From contig CAZBBK010000018.1 of assembly GCA_964490075.1 (NCBI GenBank), forward strand, positions 1-64,000: a DNA stretch of 64,000 nucleotides, read 5' to 3'. A program made the position numbers and the translations under genes. The DNA is from an uncultured Gemmatimonadota bacterium (GTDB taxonomy: Bacteria > GCA-2686955). Of this stretch, positions 60,683-64,000 are shown in pieces; within the stretch, counting starts at the first letter, position 1; every line of letters starts with the position of its first letter. Under the pieces are notes generated by a model. That model did not search any database. It saw nothing but the letters and a program-made list of their open reading frames with translations, and was not told the origin of the DNA.

Positions 60683-62092
60683 ATGTCACGACAGCATTTC
60701 GTCTGCGCAGTTTCGCTGCTGCTCGCGGCCGTCGGCCGCGCCGACACCGTACCCCAATTCACCCTGACCCAGATCGGCAACCTACCCGGTGGCACCAAGA
60801 GCTGGGCCTGGGATGTCACCCCCGACGGCGACGTCGTCGGCGACGCGTCGACCATCGGCCACACCACACCGCATGCCTTCTACTGGGATGCGCTCACCAC
60901 CACGCTGACCGATCTGGGAACCCTCACCGGTATTGCCGGCGACGAGAGCCGCGCCTACGGCGTCAGCTTCGACCAGTACACCGCGGGCAACTCCGACGCT
61001 CCCGGCACGACCGAGAAGAACGGCTTCATCTACCCGCCGCCCTTCGGTCCGCTGACGGCACTGGGGCCGCCTCCGGTAGGCTACCGTGATCCCAACGCCC
61101 AGGATGTCGAGCTGCTGGCCGGCGCCGGAGTGCACCGGGCAGTCGGCTGGGCGCTGGCGACCACTCCGGGATCCGAGCCGCACGCCGCTTACTGGGACTA
61201 CGAGCTGGGCACCGCTCTCAGCCTTGGCACCCTGACCGGCAGCCCGGCCGACTGGAGCCGAGCCTTCGGTGTCAACGAGCTGGGCGAAATCGTCGGCTTC
61301 TCGACCCGGTCGGCGCAGCCGAGCCACGCCTTTCTCATGCGCGGCGGACAGATGATCGACATCGACCCGCGGCCGGATCCGAGCGAGAGCTTCGCGTGCG
61401 GGATCAACCGGGCGTCGCAGGTCGCGGGCAACCACTACAGCTCCTTCACCCTGCCGAGCACCGCCTGCCGCTTCGATGAGCGCCGCGGCGGATGGCAGCT
61501 CACCGACCTCGGCACCCTCGGCGGGATGGAGCCCCACTACTCCTACGCCCACGATCTGAACGACGGCGCCTTGATCGTCGGCTGGTCGAACACCGACGAG
61601 AACGGACGAACGGCGACCATGTGGCTGAACGACCAGATCTACGATCTGAACACATTGGTGCCGGGCGCCGAGCTCTACCTGAAGGAGGCGACCGGCGTGA
61701 ATCTGGCCGGACAGATCGTCGGCTACGGAACCACCGGCGCCGGCTTCGAGCAGGCCTACCGGCTCGACCCGGCGACGCTGATGATGATGCAACCGGTGAG
61801 CGGCGATGCGGGCACCTCCAACCAGCTCTACGCGGTCGGTGCCACGCCCGGAGTGCCGGTGCACTTCGTCTATGGCTTCACCGCCGGCAGCACGCCGGTG
61901 CCGGGTTGCGCAGGACTGGTGGTCGACATCGCCAGCCCGAAGATCGTCGGGTCCGCGGTCGCCGATTCCCGCGGCATCGCCAATCTGTCGGCGGCGGTCC
62001 CGAGCAACGCCCTCGGGGTGACGGTGCTGATCCAGGCGGTGGAGCAACCGAGCTGCTTGGTCAGCAACCTGGTGAGCTACACATTTCAGTAG
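60683..62092 (+). CDS. Secreted HAF-repeat protein with ~100-aa C-terminal domain
   Basis: Repeated DLGTL.G..S.A.GVN..G.IVG.S....HAF units. Confidence 0.85.
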   Translation: MSRQHFVCAVSLLLAAVGRADTVPQFTLTQIGNLPGGTKSWAWDVTPDGDVVGDASTIGHTTPHAFYWDALTTTLTDLGTLTGIAGDESRAYGVSFDQYTAGNSDAPGTTEKNGFIYPPPFGPLTALGPPPVGYRDPNAQDVELLAGAGVHRAVGWALATTPGSEPHAAYWDYELGTALSLGTLTGSPADWSRAFGVNELGEIVGFSTRSAQPSHAFLMRGGQMIDIDPRPDPSESFACGINRASQVAGNHYSSFTLPSTACRFDERRGGWQLTDLGTLGGMEPHYSYAHDLNDGALIVGWSNTDENGRTATMWLNDQIYDLNTLVPGAELYLKEATGVNLAGQIVGYGTTGAGFEQAYRLDPATLMMMQPVSGDAGTSNQLYAVGATPGVPVHFVYGFTAGSTPVPGCAGLVVDIASPKIVGSAVADSRGIANLSAAVPSNALGVTVLIQAVEQPSCLVSNLVSYTFQ

Positions 62093-62362
62093 CGGCGCCA
62101 CCAGAAAACGGAAATATGTGAAGCCCGGCGCCCCGGGCGCGGCCTCACGGGGTCGGCGTCCGGGGTTTTCTCCATTGGCGGAGCGCCTTCCATGTAATCA
62201 TCGATGGACAATACTCCCCCCCCGCAACCGCACCTTCCACCTCCCCGGTCACGACCCGCCATCGAGCTCGTGAATGCAGGGTGCGGATTCCGCTCTTCGA
62301 CGTTTCAGGCGCCGTCGAGCGCGAGCTCGGTGCTGGGCCGTGGTCCAGAACTGGAGCTCCCC

Positions 62363-64000
62363 GTGCGCCAGGTCGTCCCCTCCCGCCGTCTTCTGTTCAC
62401 CCTCGGTCTCGCAATGACGGCGCTCGCCCGGTCCACCGCCGCCGCCATTCCCGCCAAAGCCCTGGTCGGCTACTGGCATAACTGGGTCGGTCCTCCGGCC
62501 GAGATGCCGCTGTCCCAGGTGTCCGCCGACTACGACGTGGTGAACATCGCCTTCGCGGAGGCCGGATCGTGGCTGGGCAGCGAAATGGTGTTCCGGCCCC
62601 ATTCCCAGATCTATCCCGACTCGACCGACTTCATGGCCGACGTCGCAGCTCTGCAGGCGGCCGGCAAAACAGTGCTGATCTCGGTCGGTGGCGCCGCGTC
62701 GCCGGTCTACCTCGATACCAGCGCCGACGCCGACTCCTTCGTCACCTCCATGACCGGCATCATCGAAAGTTACGGCTTCGACGGCATGGACATCGACTTC
62801 GAAGGACTGTCGCTCCTGCTGATGCCTGGAGACAGCGATTTCCGTGCTCCGACCAGTCCGCGCATCGTCAACCTCATCGACGCGGTGGGGCGTCTCTTGA
62901 CTCACTTCGGGCCCGATTTCGTGCTCACCACCGCCCCGGAGACGATGTTCGTGCAGGGTGGCTACGGCGCCTACGACAACTCCTGGGGCGCCTACCTGGC
63001 GCTGCTCCACGCCTTCCGCGATGACTGGACCTATGTGCACGTGCAGCACTACAACACCGGGTCGATGTACGGCCGCGACGGCAATATCTACCTGCCGCCG
63101 GAAGCAGACTTTCACGTCGCCATGGCCGACATGTTGCTGGCGGGTTTCGATGTCAACAAGTTCGTCAACCCGATCTTCTTCGAGCCGCTGCGAGCCGACC
63201 AGGTGATGATCGGTCTGCCGGCCTGCGCGCCGGCCACCGGCTCCGGCTACACCGCCCCGGCCGTGGTTCACCAGGCGCTCGACTACCTGGTGAAGGGACA
63301 GAGCTTCGGGGGCAGCTACCAGCTCTCCGACCCCGCCGGCTACGCCGGCTTCCGCGGCCTGATGACCTGGTCGATCAACTGGGATGCCGACTGCGGATTT
63401 GAGTTCTCGGGCGCCCACCGGCCCTACCTCGACGCTCTCGGCGGCGGCGGCTTGGAACTGTCGATCTCCGGCAATTTGAACAGCTACCAGCCGGGCGACA
63501 CGGCCAGCCTGGCGCTACAGGTGAGCAACACTTCTCCTGATAGCCTGTCTCTGACCCGGGCGCTCTTCTGGGCCCAGAAGAGCCCCGACGTCGATTTCCA
63601 GCGCCTGATCTACGACGGAGCCCCGTACACCATAGCCGGCGGAGACTCGGCCGCCGTGCTGCTCGAGCTGATCATTCCCGCGGCCGCTCCGCTCGGCTCC
63701 TACACCGCCGGCGCCACGATCTACGACGACGCATCCGAGCTCGACAGCGAGAGCTTTCAGTTCCAGATGACCGGCGATCCGCCGGATGAGAAGCGAATCG
63801 TCGGCTACTACATCGAATGGGGTATCTACGCCCGCGACTATCACCCGCTCGACATCCCGGCCGACAAGATCACCCACATCAACTACGCCTTCGCCAACAT
63901 CGGAACCGACCTGGAGATCGAGGTCGGAGATGCCTATGCGGCGATCGACAAATACTACCCTGGAGACAGTTGGCTAGATCCCTTTCGCGGCACCTACAAG
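62363..64000 (+). CDS. Secreted chitinase with two GH18 domains separated by an Ig-like domain (truncated by the window end)
   Basis: GTG62363 after [40 protein letters not shown]; then, in frame from 63791, [27 protein letters not shown]. Not in the ORF track because it has no stop in the window. Confidence 0.92.
   Translation, partial: MRQVVPSRRLLFTLGLAMTALARSTAAAIPAKALVGYWHNWVGPPAEMPLSQVSADYDVVNIAFAEAGSWLGSEMVFRPHSQIYPDSTDFMADVAALQAAGKTVLISVGGAASPVYLDTSADADSFVTSMTGIIESYGFDGMDIDFEGLSLLLMPGDSDFRAPTSPRIVNLIDAVGRLLTHFGPDFVLTTAPETMFVQGGYGAYDNSWGAYLALLHAFRDDWTYVHVQHYNTGSMYGRDGNIYLPPEADFHVAMADMLLAGFDVNKFVNPIFFEPLRADQVMIGLPACAPATGSGYTAPAVVHQALDYLVKGQSFGGSYQLSDPAGYAGFRGLMTWSINWDADCGFEFSGAHRPYLDALGGGGLELSISGNLNSYQPGDTASLALQVSNTSPDSLSLTRALFWAQKSPDVDFQRLIYDGAPYTIAGGDSAAVLLELIIPAAAPLGSYTAGATIYDDASELDSESFQFQMTGDPPDEKRIVGYYIEWGIYARDYHPLDIPADKITHINYAFANIGTDLEIEVGDAYAAIDKYYPGDSWLDPFRGTYK

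Overview
Very GC-rich bacterial DNA, rich in genes for secreted, multi-domain proteins. The FlgD-type C-terminal domain, beta-helix proteins and kinase-sigma54 fusion suggest an FCB/PVC-adjacent lineage; this is inference only. Clearly recognisable content: a periplasmic nitrate reductase operon (napDAGHBF, no napC); a ZIP transporter / permease-HflK fusion / hflC / hflK operon; two toxin-antitoxin pairs (AbiEii-like and VapBC-like); tag; a Lol-like ABC operon; a giant kinase-TPR-GAF-sigma54 activator; and a two-domain GH18 chitinase running off the right edge. Three observations stand out. (1) A ~1.05 kb non-autonomous IS110 derivative (18766-19822) has a wrecked recombinase but keeps both ends and a candidate bridge RNA. 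Three of the RNA's four guide segments match the element's own junctions, and the element carries a 3x51-bp palindromic array. (2) A metal permease is fused to an HflK/SPFH domain in an operon with ZIP, HflC and HflK. (3) A candidate sigma54 circuit (activator, palindromic enhancer, -24/-12 promoter, small secreted target gene, terminator) is readable from the sequence. No rRNA, tRNA or CRISPR array was recognised. All family calls are by motif recognition, not database search.
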